From positions 48,922 through 112,921 of the forward strand of contig CBFFRP010000386.1 in NCBI GenBank assembly GCA_965644295.1: DNA of 64,000 nucleotides. The letters run 5' to 3'. Source of the stretch: Paraphysomonas bandaiensis (lineage: Eukaryota > Protista > Chrysophyceae). Positions 36,997-49,988 of this stretch are shown in pieces. Below the pieces are notes generated by a model. It had not been told where the DNA came from, ran no database searches, and saw nothing but the letters and a program-made list of their open reading frames with translations. Within the stretch, counting starts at the first letter, position 1, and every line of letters begins with the position of its first letter. The position numbers were made by a program, and so were the translations under genes.

Positions 36997-39603
36997 ATGA
37001 CATCGAATAACTTATATTACTTCCTTGGATTTGTGGTGATATCGGCATTGGCTTGTTTACTGCCGTATTTTCTTGGATTTGAACCCATTGATACTGACGT
37101 CTCAACTGTCGGCTATAAGGATGCGATGAGCACTGTTATTGTAGCGCTATCATGTGCTTTTCCCATTGCCTTGGATACACTATTAGACTCAAAGCACCCT
37201 GATTCTGTTATGCTACCACGATGGACTCATCTACTCACAATGCTCATACCGAACGGGCTTCTATATTGCCTGCCGCGCTCTCCAGTTTTGTTGGTAGGCT
37301 GCTCGTTTGCTCGAGAATTACTGATTCGTGGGGCTCTAATGAGTCATATGTTTAACGATCCTGAATTTTTTAGTACTTACTATCAGCGCATTTTTGGGTT
37401 TACTATGGCACTTTTTGCTCTCGATTTGAATATCAGGACGTGGTATTGCACTCTGCATAGTGTGATTCCGCGCTATATTTATAGATTAACAACGGGGATG
37501 GTTGGACTATCGTTCCTAATGGTGATATATGTTATTATTCAGAAAACAATATCAACGTATGAATTGACCGAAAAGGCAACAAAATCAACAGTAAAAGGAA
37601 TGCCGGGATACAGGAAATACTGTCACTACTATACAATTCTTTTGCTAATTAGTATGACGGCCAAGGTGGCTATTCGCTACACTGTTATGAGAACTTCCTT
37701 TGCTACCATCAGTGATGCATACCTTTTATATGGGCCACTGAACCTTTGCGACGTCTTCGTCAGTGTAGTAGCAGCTCTAATCCCCTTGCATGTGCTACGG
37801 CACGACAAAACCCTCGCGGAAGAGTATTCTCAGACTGTTTATACCTTAAAAGCGAGTTTTTTGTCGTACATATACCGTGAAATGAGGTGTAACTTGCGCA
37901 CCTTGCAGCATATTGTGAGTCAGTCAATAAACTCTGAGGTATTTCCGCTGAATGATTTCTCCATAATGGCGTCATGGAACGAATTCTATGGAGTTTGTGC
38001 AATGAGCAATAGTTTGCTGGATGAAATAATTCTGTTGGACGATGTTAATTCAGGAAATAAACGGTATCATAAGGAGAGAGCCAACTCCAGGGATATACTA
38101 TCTAATGCCATTGCCCCACTGGAGTTTAAGGTGAGCTACTGCTGACATTGTTGTATAGTGTGGTTGACATCTCTGTTTTAGGCTAAACAAGCTGATGTAA
38201 AACTGTCGTATGATGAAATCCACTGCCCACCTTCATCTTCTGGAAGTGACGGTCTATTGGTGTATGCAGATGTTCAGGCACTCACTATTGCCTTACGAAC
38301 TTTAGTGGAATATTCCATTGGCCATGCGTCTCCTGGAACATATGTTGATGTCTCTATTTCACACTCAGAAAATGAGTCAAATGCGATACTTTTGGCAAAT
38401 AAATCGACCACCATTCAGAAAAATATGATATGTGTTTCTATTTTGTTTCATTGCGAGCATAAGGTACTGAGTGTAATATGTTCGAGGTGTATTAAACCTG
38501 TCGTTCTAATACTTTTTGAGTTCTGGCCTGCGATTGCAAGCTGCACTGTATGTAGTATTTTGATTGTTTACGTTACAGATAAATGTACCGTTGGAGACAA
38601 CTGAAGACCATATCTTTGGGCTTGGCAACGCATCATCATCAGGCATTGGGCTTGCAGGTATACACCTTTTACGTGCCTCTAATCTTTGAATGAATGCGCT
38701 GGTCACAATATCTAGATAGTATGCGATGTAATTTCTGGCTTTGAAACTTATTATTTTTCTTTAGCTGTGGCGGATATAGTACAGAAGCATAATGGAACAT
38801 TTTCTCTTATTGACAGACCTGTCCCGCGCTACCAAATCCTCCTTCCGTGCGCTGGCTTGAATGTGTCGAACACTATACCACTACGTTCTGGAGATACTCA
38901 GGATGATGAACCTCGACAACACAGTGAATGTAGCATGCTTTCAGAACAAGACAATACCGGCCAAAAAGATGGAAGTGATACCCACGCTGAGGCCAACAGC
39001 GTAAATACCGAACATCGGCGTGTTGTGCTGTCTGAGGTTTATTTTCCTTGTGCGGTTATCGTCTCACCTGTGAATAGCCCAGACGCATCTGTTATTCGAG
39101 AAGCTTTGTGTGATCATGTGCAGGTTGTTAAGGAGGTTCACTCTGAGTCCCAAATTGTAGAGTACATTAGCAACCACTGCACATGGAGTAAGCCGATATC
39201 TATAATATTCTTGCATCGCGGTGCCACTAATAAGAAACCACATGTCCTAACATCGAAGTGGCGAAAGATGGGTTACGATGGGGTGATAGTATTAATATCA
39301 GATATGAACTATCCAGACTCCAACGAGCGGTTTTTGGCCTGTGGGGGAAACGCCGTTCTGCTTTGTGCGCTAAGCGGGGATCGATTGGTTCGAAGGGTAG
39401 ATGTTGAAGAAGTACTTGTTGGTAAGTGTGATTGGTGCTTTGTTTTTGACCTAATATGATATCATACAGATGCCTTCTGTCTCAATAATCAACCTAGTCG
39501 CCCCTTGTCGATTAAATGTAAAAAGATATCCCCACCTTCTTTACACATCTCACAATCCAGCAAGGTGGCAGCGGTATCCTGCTCTATAGACGAAGTTGTT
39601 TAG
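36997..39603 (+). CDS. Multi-TM hybrid histidine-kinase-like protein with degenerate phospho-sites (HisKA-HATPase-REC)
   Basis: About 7 TM segments, then LKASFLSYIYREMRCNL (H-box-like), VYADVQALTIALRTLVEYSI (N-box-like), SSGIGLA..IVQKHNGTF (G2-like), and receiver-like WRKMGYDGVIVLIS..FLACGGNAVL. Confidence 0.75.
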
Positions 39604-40309
39604 TTAATATTTTTTTAAAACCCCATATTTATTTTACTGTTGTTGTGATTGTGGTTATTGTCACTGCTCCACTGTTGTTCAAGTTACAATCGGGCTGTTT
39701 GACCTCCAGTCGCTCGATACTGTATCATACGAAGCCTTGAATCGTCACCATACTATTTTGACCGTACATAGTCGTTTTTACGATGAGTATGATGTATTTG
39801 TTTAATTTTTATGCATGTAGTTCCATTGACTATTGACATGTTGAATCTTACCCACTCTACATTTCTTTTTCCTTATGGAAGCCAGTGGCTCGTGTGTTTA
39901 TTAATGTTTTTTCAAGTTTATTTTTATCTGTGTTCCATATTGCTCTCAATCTATATACAACTGACTATATATTATTGCATGTTATTGTAAACCTAGTGCG
40001 ATGATATGCAATTTCGAAGCGAGTATGACGAAGTCTAATATTAATATGATTGAACTATTGCGAATATTACTGTTAAGTAGTACTGTGTTCATGAAGCTAA
40101 TTGTCGAAATAAATTACTTTCAGGCGTAGGTGCTGCACTTCCTGGTTCTAATCGATAGATTCCGTGAAATGTTGTTGATACTGAAATGGACAGTTACCTA
40201 CCGGCTCTATTGTCTATTGTATAACAACACAACACACACAGAATAATAAATCTCTTCAACTAGCTTCGTGAGCAACAACATACTCGACTATTGAAGTACC
40301 TGCTTTCAA

Positions 40310-41325
40310 TTTCATTGTTTTATGTACGACACATATTGTTAACAATGGACATTTCACTGAAGTTAACTTTGCTCTACGCGTAAACCGTAACCTTACTGTT
40401 GAACACAATGCACTTTCAAGTAAGAAATTATGATTATTATTCTGAACACTTCACTACATATTCGTGTAACATATGTTGAAACATCTGTTCTTATAGCAAC
40501 ATCTGTTTATCATATGTTCATCAGTCAGTTCTATATCTTGTATAGTCACACATCAGTAACTGAATTTAATTCCTTTGTAACTACTATAATCACCCGTTAC
40601 ACCTATGAGTTGACTTTACCTATAATTGCACACTGTTAACTCACTTCAATTGCACAATATATATCACATCATATTGCAGAACTCAACACTCCCACTCAAT
40701 TGGATGTAGTTAACCATTCTAAAATTTGTGAAGAACATTGCTATCGGATACGCAACCACCGAACCTCATAGGACACTGGTGGACGTATGACTCCGCTGGT
40801 ATAGCTAGCTCCCACCATTTCATTGTTTTATGTACGACACATATTGTTAACAATGGACATTTCACTGAAGTTAACTTTGCTCTACGCGTAAACCGTAACC
40901 TTACTGTTGAACACAATGCACTTTCAAGTAAGAAATTATGATTATTATTCTGAACACTTCACTACATATTCGTGTAACATATGTTGAAACATCTGTTCTT
41001 ATAGCAACATCTGTTTATCATATGTTCATCAGTCAGTTCTATATCTTGTATAGTCACACATCAGTAACTGAATTTAATTCCTTTGTAACTACTATAATCA
41101 CCCGTTACACCTATGAGTTGACTTTACCTATAATTGCACACTGTTAACTCACTTCAATTGCACAATATATATCACATCATATTGCAGAACTCAACACTCC
41201 CACTCAATTGGATGTAGTTAACCATTCTAAAATTTGTGAAGAACATTGCTATCGGATACGCAACCACCGAACCTCATAGGACACTGGTGGACGTATGACT
41301 CCGCTGGTATAGCTAGCTCCCACCA
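40310..41325. repeat. 508-bp tandem duplication covering flank + Copia LTR + adjacent internal sequence
   Basis: LTR copies at 40337-40688 and 40845-41196 with identical flanks, period 508. Confidence 0.9.
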
Positions 41326-44300
41326 TTCATTCACCTCTATCTAGTTACGACGAACTCTCTTTACCTTGGGTACCTCTGCGATAATTTGTGCAGTAGTCTT
41401 AAATTTTCCCCCAAGATTTCGCTCCCTCTGTTCAATGAATATTGGACCACTCAAAGCCTTGGTATATATATCAGCCATCTGTTGTCGACTGCTCACATGA
41501 ATTAATTTCGCTGTATTAAACTGTTCGGGATCCACATGCTCTCTAATCATATGATACTTAATCTCAATATGTTTCGATCGTTGATGTCGCACTGGATTTT
41601 CCGATATATCCTGAGCACTTTGACTATCCAGGAATAATGGTGTGGGCTCGTCAATTTTCAATCCTACTTCACCAGTCACCCCCCGAGACCATATCATTTC
41701 CAGTAATCCATTATATAAGCATTGATACTCTGCTTGCATAGTCGATGTAGCTACAGTAGACTGAAGTTTGGAACCCCACGATAGTGGTCCACCAGCTCCA
41801 AACATAACATAACCTGAAGTTGATCTCCTCGTCAACGGGTCGCCTGCCCAGTCAGCATCAGTGAACATATGAAGATCAAAATCTCTCCCTCTATAATGAA
41901 TACTCCCACTGCATATGAGATATCCGGCCTTGTATTCATAGATAAATAAAGTAACGCTCCTATTAATGGACGATAGGGAAAATTGTCAACTAATTCCTGC
42001 TCTTCAGAGTCGAATGCACATGTTCCACTCCCACTTTGATCCTATCCATGACATCACTATGTAGTGGGTATCGCCGCGTCTTGTCCCTTGGACACCCAGA
42101 AAACCACATACTTCACCAATATCTTTTTGATGAACACTGTCATGTCAAGTTTGAGACAATTCGGAGTTCTCGTCACTCTCACGTTCAAAAACTAGCCAAT
42201 CTCATTCATATCTGTAATATCGAACCTTTCACATACTCGTCGCTTAATTTCCAAAATAATATTCGTATCTCGACATGCTCTCAGCATATTATCATCATGA
42301 CCGTGGTGAGCTTCGAAGACCATATAAACTTTTCTTCAGTTTAAAGCAATATCCTGGTGGCAATTTGAAATCTGGTGTTGCATACTTATACACACATCTC
42401 CTTTTATATCTGCATATACAAGAATGCATTAGATACGTCGAGTTGATGCACCACCATATTCATAACAAACGCGATAGCTAATAGCAATCTTACTGTTACC
42501 GCTTTTACCACTGGAGTATAATTGTTGGCTCTACCAACCTCATGGCCTCCATATCCAAGTACCACAAGTCTTGCTTTCTATCGTTGAATCGCACCCTCCT
42601 TGTTGCGTTTCAAAGCAAAGACATACTCAGGATTCAAATTGCAGTGACACTGGGGTAGGGATGATGGGCTTAACTTCCATTACTTCCCTTCGTTCCAGTC
42701 TGTCACGCTCAGCCTGTCTTGCTGTCAATGGAGTGACACTGGGGTAGGTATGGGCTTAACTTCCATCACTTCCCTTCGTTCCAGTTCGTCATATTCAGCC
42801 TGGCTGAACTCCATTGCTTCCGTTCCGGCAACTCCAAGAATTCGGAATATGTCTGAGGCACCTTAGGTCCCGCTGACGAGCACCAGATGGAATTTGCCTC
42901 CTCTAGTAGGCTGCACTCCACTTCGTCACACGAAGGTAATACGTGCTTCTCACCTACTACTGACACATTCGTCACTACCCTTGGAGCCCTTGTGCGCCTG
43001 CCCCTAGTTGAGCGATCTGATGGAGCTTCCTCTCCCGGAGCACTTACGAAGTCAGAAGGGGATGGAACCGTCCCAGTCAACTGCTGTAATAAATGTCCGC
43101 TGGTCCCGTCGTCACGAGATCCAGAACTAGCAGATACTCTTGTCACAAGGTCTTCACTCATCCGCGATGATGTGAATAGGAGTCTTAACTTCCAGTTGCT
43201 CCTCACCACCTGACATCAGGGATCTATATCCCACAGTTAGACCTCTTTCCGAATCTATATTCGCGTGGTCTTGTTGTACAGTTGGCCGCCATCTTCACAT
43301 GGGTTTTGTCGATAACACTCCTCCCTGAGGAACCACTGCCACCGTGGCTTAGTCCATTTCTCGGTAGTATTCAGCCGATCTCTAGGGCACTGATACAACA
43401 AACAGGACATGAACAGACGTGACTATTGTATCTCCTATCAACACTTGATACCCCATCTGCTCATCTGGGAAACCCACAAAATATCCTGTTTGTGCCTTTT
43501 CCTCCCAGTCTTTCCGTCTATCGGCCTTCGGGACTAATACATACGCCTTGCACCCCCATTTCCTCTCATCAACCAGGATAACTCGGGCACCTTTCCTCCC
43601 AGGAACACACTCATAAGGCAACATCCACTAACTTTACTGTCCTCCTTGGCATTTTCCTCCATTACATGATGGCATGATGACGTAATAATAGGCAAATTCA
43701 AAACGTCATAATATTATATAGTGCCTCCCATGGCATTCCTCCATGCTCATCATAGTCTCCAGCCAGCACCTCTCTACCAGTGTTTAACTCTACAATTCTC
43801 AGAACTCTAAGTAGTTCCAATCCACACACCAGTGCCCGCAGCATTCCGCCTGAGACAATATTCTTCACCGCATCTTCACATACTTTGATGCCTTCTCTTT
43901 TGCCAGTGTTGAAAGCTTCCTACTCCTTGAGTCTCCATTGCTGACCCCTTCTTCGTCAGAGATATGACTCCTGGCTCTGCTTCATAATATTTCTCTAGCA
44001 CTCTATGATCTTTAACAACAATGAATAGCTGCTTTCCGGCACAACTGTCTAGATACACTCGTTGGTCTACTGTTTCAGTCATAAGCACTTCACCATCTAT
44101 CTTATTGGACTCCCCTCCAGATGAGACATCATCATCTACATATTAGCACCATTCCGCCGATGAACTCTGTCTCTGTCTCTGTTCATGTGTATGTTCAGCA
44201 CTCCTGCTCGTTAACTATGAACAGCTGCACTGCTCTGCTGCTCTGCTCAGTGTAGAAGGCAGTTTTAGTAGAAAATACATTTCAGCCTATCAATCTCTAT

Positions 44301-44950
44301 TTCGTCCATATCATTGGCCAATATTTACAAGCTGGTATTTCGCTGTAGTCTTTTGGAGTACTACTCCCAACTCACTCCTAGACCTATCCACAAGCGTTTG
44401 AAGCATATGATTGGACAAAGCTTCCTTATTGGGATCATCATGTGGGAGTCGCCTCCATGTATATGTTGGCACCCTCCAATACATCTGCGTCATGTTCACA
44501 TGCCTCCCAAATCGTTACAACACACGTGTCGTTTCACTTGTCAAACTTCAGCACCTTGCTGTCCTCCATCGCCTCATCAGAGCTACCACTCGCTACCATG
44601 TTAACAATGGACATTTCACTGAAGTTAACTTTGCTCTACGCGTAAACCGTAACCTTACTGTTGAACACAATGCACTTTCAAGTAAGAAATTATGATTATT
44701 ATTCTGAACACTTCACTACATATTCGTGTAACATATGTTGAAACATCTGTTCTTATAGCAACATCTGTTTATCATATGTTCATCAGTCAGTTCTATATCT
44801 TGTATAGTCACACATCAGTAACTGAATTTAATTCCTTTGTAACTACTATAATCACCCGTTACACCTATGAGTTGACTTTACCTATAATTGCACACTGTTA
44901 ACTCACTTCAATTGCACAATATATATCACATCATATTGCAGAACTCAACA
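40845..44950 (-). mobile_element. Ty1/Copia LTR retrotransposon, internally decayed
   Basis: 352-bp TG..CA LTRs (40845-41196, 44599-44950), TSD CATAT, PBS TGGTAGCGAGTGGT, PPT GAGTGGGAG. Remnants of protease (YLDSCAG), integrase C-term (WGCKAYV..GYFVG), RT (RLVVLG) and RNase H (TDADWAGD..RRSTSGY..RSKHIEIKYH..ADIYTKAL). Confidence 0.95.
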
Positions 44951-44990
44951 CATATAATATATGTTTACGTAAAGTAATAGTAGTTCACAA

Positions 44991-45976
44991 TGTTAGAATT
45001 AGACATTTCACTGAATTTAACTTTTATCTACACGTAAACCTTAACCTTGTTGAACACAATGTACTTTCAAGAAGAAATTGTAATTATTATTCTGAACACT
45101 ACTTCTCTACATATTCGTGTAACATCTGATGAAACATCTGTTCTCAGCAACATCTGTTTATCATATGTTCATCAGTCAGTTCTATATCTTGTATAATAGT
45201 CACACATGAGTAACTGAATTTAATTCCTTTGTACCTATAGTCACCCGTTACACCTATGAGTTGACTTCACCTATTGCACACTATTAACTCACTTCAATTG
45301 CACAATATATATCACATCACCACATCATATTGCAGAACTCAACACTCCACACTCCCACTCAATTGAATGTACCCTCAACAAAGTCGGACTCGCACCTTTT
45401 CGTGGTGTTCTGGGGGATAAGTACCGAAGAGTTTTTCTCTGGGAAACTAACGTGAGCCGCAAACATAGTCAGCAGATATTCTTCTGCCCACTCATAGCCG
45501 AATGCTTGTGTGGTACAAGGGACACCAATAAGTGTCACTTGTGTAGACGTCTTTGGGCCCTGACGAATAAACAGGCATCCGGGAATGGGTCCACCTCAAG
45601 GGCATCCGGGACAGGGCCCACCTGAAGGGTAACCGGGGTATTGGGCTGCCTGCTGAAGTCAAGCATCCGGGTTGTTCACCTTAAGAACTCAGAGCGGAAG
45701 TGGTCGCACCTTGGTGCTTGCGGCGACGCACAAGCAGCTTCCGTAGCGTTGAATAGTAGGATAAAAAAAGTGTGTACTGATTAGTTACAGGTAGAGGTCT
45801 AACTAGTTTGTCTAGCATTCATCAAGCTACTAAGCTAGTGCAGGTTTTTAACGCCTATTGCTAATAATAAAACTTTCAATATAATTGAATGTAGTTAGCC
45901 ATTCTAAAATTTGTTAAGAACATTGCTATCGGGTTACGCAACCACCGAACCTCATAGTAGGACACTGGTGGACATA
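44991..45976 (-). mobile_element. Older diverged Copia fragment (LTR 44991-45344 + PPT-side internal sequence) interrupted by retroposon E
   Basis: Indel-bearing LTR copy; the internal sequence resumes at 45883 and matches 41206-41295. Confidence 0.85.
45372..45882 (+). mobile_element. Retroposon family copy E (511 bp)
   Basis: 11-bp TSD AATTGAATGTA (45361-45371, 45883-45893); the empty site is visible in the younger Copia. 3' part closely matches the reverse complement of LINE 3' UTR 28105-28286. Confidence 0.9.
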
Positions 45977-46800
45977 CAACTACTAATATATAGCAACGTA
46001 AGAGACTGCGAAATTCATTCTCCATCAATCCACACTCTGATAATATATTCCTTGCAAATTTCTTTTATATATTTTTATTTACTTCTAAATCATACAAAAT
46101 GAAAAATATCAATGACGCTATTTTTCATGACGCCTTATACTCTCATTTCATGAAATAATTCGCTTCCTCATATGCTGATAGTAGGGCCAATCCAATGACC
46201 CCAATCATGCCCGAAAATATCTAAAAAGCTATTCATAATATGCATAAAACTATTTTTTGGACAGCGCCGAGGTCACCAAGAGTTAAAGGATGATGCTACT
46301 ACCTTGCATGAAGCCTGATGTGCCAGTGGAGAGCGAGAAGAATGGTTTCGTGTGCTTACTTTTTGTAGTTTAACTAAATTAGTAATAAGGGGACACCACA
46401 CCGTCTATTATCTATTATAAGCGATATTATCTAGTTAGGTATTAATAGGACATTATAATTACCGGGAACTGAGCCATTACTGATTACCAGTTACTAGGCC
46501 CTGGACTAAATAGAAAATAGACAAAGTTGAGAAAATGTAGACTTCCTATATGAACTCTAACGCATGTACTGTTCACTTTGGCTTGTGACTATCCAAGGAT
46601 ATCGCCGATGGTAGGCAACAATGCTATAGTGTGCCTTGGGAATTATTCTCGTGTCGATATAATACTCTGAATTATCTCATGACTACATCATTAGGAGCAT
46701 ACACAACAAAACAGTGTATGTGTTCACAATACATCTATTACATATAGTTCTTCAAAACAACACCAAACATAACATATATATTGCAATAGTAAATCAAAAA

Positions 46801-47622
46801 TTATGAGGCCACTGGCTTCAGCCAAGTAGATATTTTATTCAGGTTGTTAAAGAAATACGGCTTTCCATAAGCAGTTCGCCGCTCCTCCCACCCTTCAGGG
46901 ATAATCATATCGGCCGAGTTAGTGACTACTACTGGTGTGATAGAAGCATTCCTATCTTCACTGTTATCGGCGGATGGGCGGAAGAAATCGCTTTCCACCA
47001 GAAGACGCCGTTTGGACAGCAGTTTCTGAGCAGCGACATTAACAGCTGCGGCAGTAGAAGCCACCCTATGTACATCTTCTCCGTCTGAACCATTATCCTC
47101 TCTGCTATTGAGGATACTTAAAATCCTCTTCGATTTAATTTGCGCATCAAGACCCTCATGTAACGACGGCCAGCGATTTTTAGGCTGGCACCGTTGCAGC
47201 GAAATTTGAACCTCCCCAGCGATTTCTCCTTGCCCGTTGTATATCGCGTACCAAGCTTCAGAGGGAGAGGTCTTTACTTCACAACAAGGAATCTTAAGTC
47301 GTCCTATGATAGTGTCTGCCCTCAAATTATTTTCATTCCGCACTTCAATCAATATAAAACATGTTTCAATGTGGGATACATTCAGTTCAAATTTCTCATT
47401 CCAAACAGCTATGGATCCGCCGTCCACATATGTCGGAGTGCGATATTTATTTCCTCTATCAGTAGAAGTCCATATTCTCAAATAAGGATCTTGTTCGCCG
47501 ATTGTTTGAACTATTTTAAGTTTTCTTGCGCCCTTCACATCCGCTAATACGACACTGTTATATTTGTTTGGATTGGGAGATATTTGAGGGCTCACTGGAG
47601 GGGAAGAACTAGAGATGGACAT
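46801..47622 (-). CDS. C2 domain + C-terminal WW domain protein
   Basis: GEQDPYL..DGGSIAVWNEKF..DTIIGRLKIP (C2); IPEGWEERRTAYGKPYFFNNLNKISTWLKP (WW). Confidence 0.88.
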   Translation of the reverse strand: MSISSSSPPVSPQISPNPNKYNSVVLADVKGARKLKIVQTIGEQDPYLRIWTSTDRGNKYRTPTYVDGGSIAVWNEKFELNVSHIETCFILIEVRNENNLRADTIIGRLKIPCCEVKTSPSEAWYAIYNGQGEIAGEVQISLQRCQPKNRWPSLHEGLDAQIKSKRILSILNSREDNGSDGEDVHRVASTAAAVNVAAQKLLSKRRLLVESDFFRPSADNSEDRNASITPVVVTNSADMIIPEGWEERRTAYGKPYFFNNLNKISTWLKPVAS

Positions 47623-48196
47623 ATACTCTAGTCAGTGCTATGTGGCGTATATGTATCTAGCACGTGCATAGCCTTTGTGTTATGTATGTATACCTCAAGG
47701 GGGTTGTTTCATAGTATCGCACATACATATATGCATATATACCTGCACGTGTATACATACACGATCGTTGTATGTATATAGGTATCGTACGCCAAACATC
47801 CTCATAACACGTTCCTCCAATCAGCAAGCAGTAATTCAACATCTTATAAATCTATTTGCCAGTGAAAACAGGGATTGATGGGCATACCAGTATACCGTTA
47901 TACACAACTGTATATACTCCATGCATACCTATCAGATATACAGCAGTGTACATCGTTGCTCTCCTGCTTTTTTGTGTGGAGCCTGTAAAATACTTGTGGT
48001 TTTCAGGATATTTCACACTGAAAACCTGAACAAGCAGATCCTCGCTGCTATCTATAGCATATCCACGTACAGAGTATAGCTATATGTACTGTATATATAA
48101 GCTATGAGTTCCGGCCACTATTAACTGCACGATGTATCACACCATATACATCGAGTGACATGCAACTCTAGATCTCATACGCTATTAACCATAGTC

Positions 48197-49237
48197 ATGC
48201 TAGCGTATGTTAGCGTTATAGCGATAGCGCTGATTAACACTATCGCTGTAACTGTATTCTGTACAGCTGCTTTTGGTAATGGTATCGTGTACCATATGGG
48301 CTGGCAGTTATGCAGCCGAATAGATGAGTCTGTTTGCAGTGGAAGCATTTCGTCGGCAGATACTCATATTGGGCTTGCGGGAATCGTTTTATTCCCACTG
48401 CAGGTTTGGCTGTTACGCCACAAGATCGATTGGAAACTTGCAATTTTTCTCGTATGTTATCAGCAATTGGGACTATTTGTCGGCGTGTATATTGTGTATA
48501 CTATTACATCTAATTGGCTTCCACGTGTCTTGGGGTGCCTTATGTCGGTCCTGGCTTGTCAACGTGTAAGTTCTACTGTAAAAACTTTCACCATGAAATC
48601 TGACGGGCGGCCGTCGGACGTGGCCATTGAATACCCTATCAATACAGTATATGATCATGCAGTCGTTGCTATAATAGGACTGAGTTCTGGTCTCTTTGGA
48701 GGATTATTTGTCACTGGTGGTCCACCGTTAATGTACTTTACTCATGTTTCGAATATGGATAAGGATGTATGTCGTTCTACTGTTGCGTTTTGTTACTTTG
48801 TAGAGAATATTGGCCGATTGTTCTGTATTGTGTATTTCAAAGCCGACAATACTATTAGCTTCCACAGTTGGCCGTTTGCTCTTTTGTTGGTATCATTAAA
48901 TGCTTCATCCATGATAGGTATACTTTTTGGAAACATTTTATCATCTTTTATCAGCCAGTCTGTCTTTCAACACGTAATTTTGCTAATGCTGATATTCGGC
49001 TCTGCACTTCTGGTAACAACTGGATTAGTTATATCGAAATCATTATTCGTATCAGCTGTAATGGGTATTATTTACACTCTTGTAGTTGTATGTTCAAGTG
49101 AAAACAATCATATTAGCGGGTTATTCTGTAGCTTGTCTCTTTGCGTTAAACGGTGTGCTTGGACCTCCGTCCAAACAGAAAGTATTCGATATTCGGCTGT
49201 GAGTTCTTTCGATTCTGTTGGTGAGTCGGAGTTATAA
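48197..49237 (+). CDS. TauE/SafE (sulfite exporter, DUF81) family membrane protein, intronless
   Basis: Multi-TM with AFGNGIV and GLSSGLFGGLFVTGGPPLMY motifs. Confidence 0.8.
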   Translation: MLAYVSVIAIALINTIAVTVFCTAAFGNGIVYHMGWQLCSRIDESVCSGSISSADTHIGLAGIVLFPLQVWLLRHKIDWKLAIFLVCYQQLGLFVGVYIVYTITSNWLPRVLGCLMSVLACQRVSSTVKTFTMKSDGRPSDVAIEYPINTVYDHAVVAIIGLSSGLFGGLFVTGGPPLMYFTHVSNMDKDVCRSTVAFCYFVENIGRLFCIVYFKADNTISFHSWPFALLLVSLNASSMIGILFGNILSSFISQSVFQHVILLMLIFGSALLVTTGLVISKSLFVSAVMGIIYTLVVVCSSENNHISGLFCSLSLCVKRCAWTSVQTESIRYSAVSSFDSVGESEL

Positions 49238-49988
49238 TTTGCGTAATCTAGGTAATTTGTTGTTTCTATCTCATCCGTCAAACTTCTTGCCCCACAGGGA
49301 TACCACATTTGTTTCCTGGAACTATTGTCCTAAGTTTATTAATAATATTTAATTTACACTCAGTTTATGTTAATGGGTAATGTACATGTATGAAATGCCG
49401 ATAAATATAAACGTAATATAATGTATTTATGCCATGACTTACAGCACGTCAGTTGTCCTGTGTGAGCACGCGTATTTTGGCATTCCCTCTCACCCAACGC
49501 TGCATATTATATGAATTTTCAAGCTGTGAGAGCATCTGTATCTCCAAACCCATTTTTTATTTTAGCTTGGACGTCTAGAGTCTAGAGATGATTAGTTTTA
49601 CACGTTGTTGTCGTAGTAAGCATACTTTATATTTTATGTGCAGTTCCGCATTGTTATCGTGAAATATCAATCGCAAAATATTCAAGATGAATATGTATTT
49701 TGCAATACCACACACTTGATAATAAAATATGATTTTACTGGTATTGCTTCTAACAGGACATATTAAATAGCAGAATCCGATAGTTCGTAAAGTGTTGTGG
49801 CTTGTGGCTTAAGTATATCTAATTCAGTGGTACACTCTGATACTTGTATTCATTTTACAATATTTGCCATACAGACTACAAAATCAAAAGTCAGGGTAAT
49901 GAACGAACGCACGTATATAATATATATATTCTATAAGGATAGAAACTATAAAGTTTCAATGCTATAAGGCACTGTATTAACACACGAG

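Noticed and set aside
40430-44901. Three identical 69-aa ORFs (MIIILNTS...)
   Set aside because: They lie inside LTR copies and have no coding signature.
46264-46285. CGCCGAGGTCACCAAGAGTTAA as a piggyBac-like end (similar at 5396-5412)
   Set aside because: Only one terminus type found and no partner TIR; too short to call.
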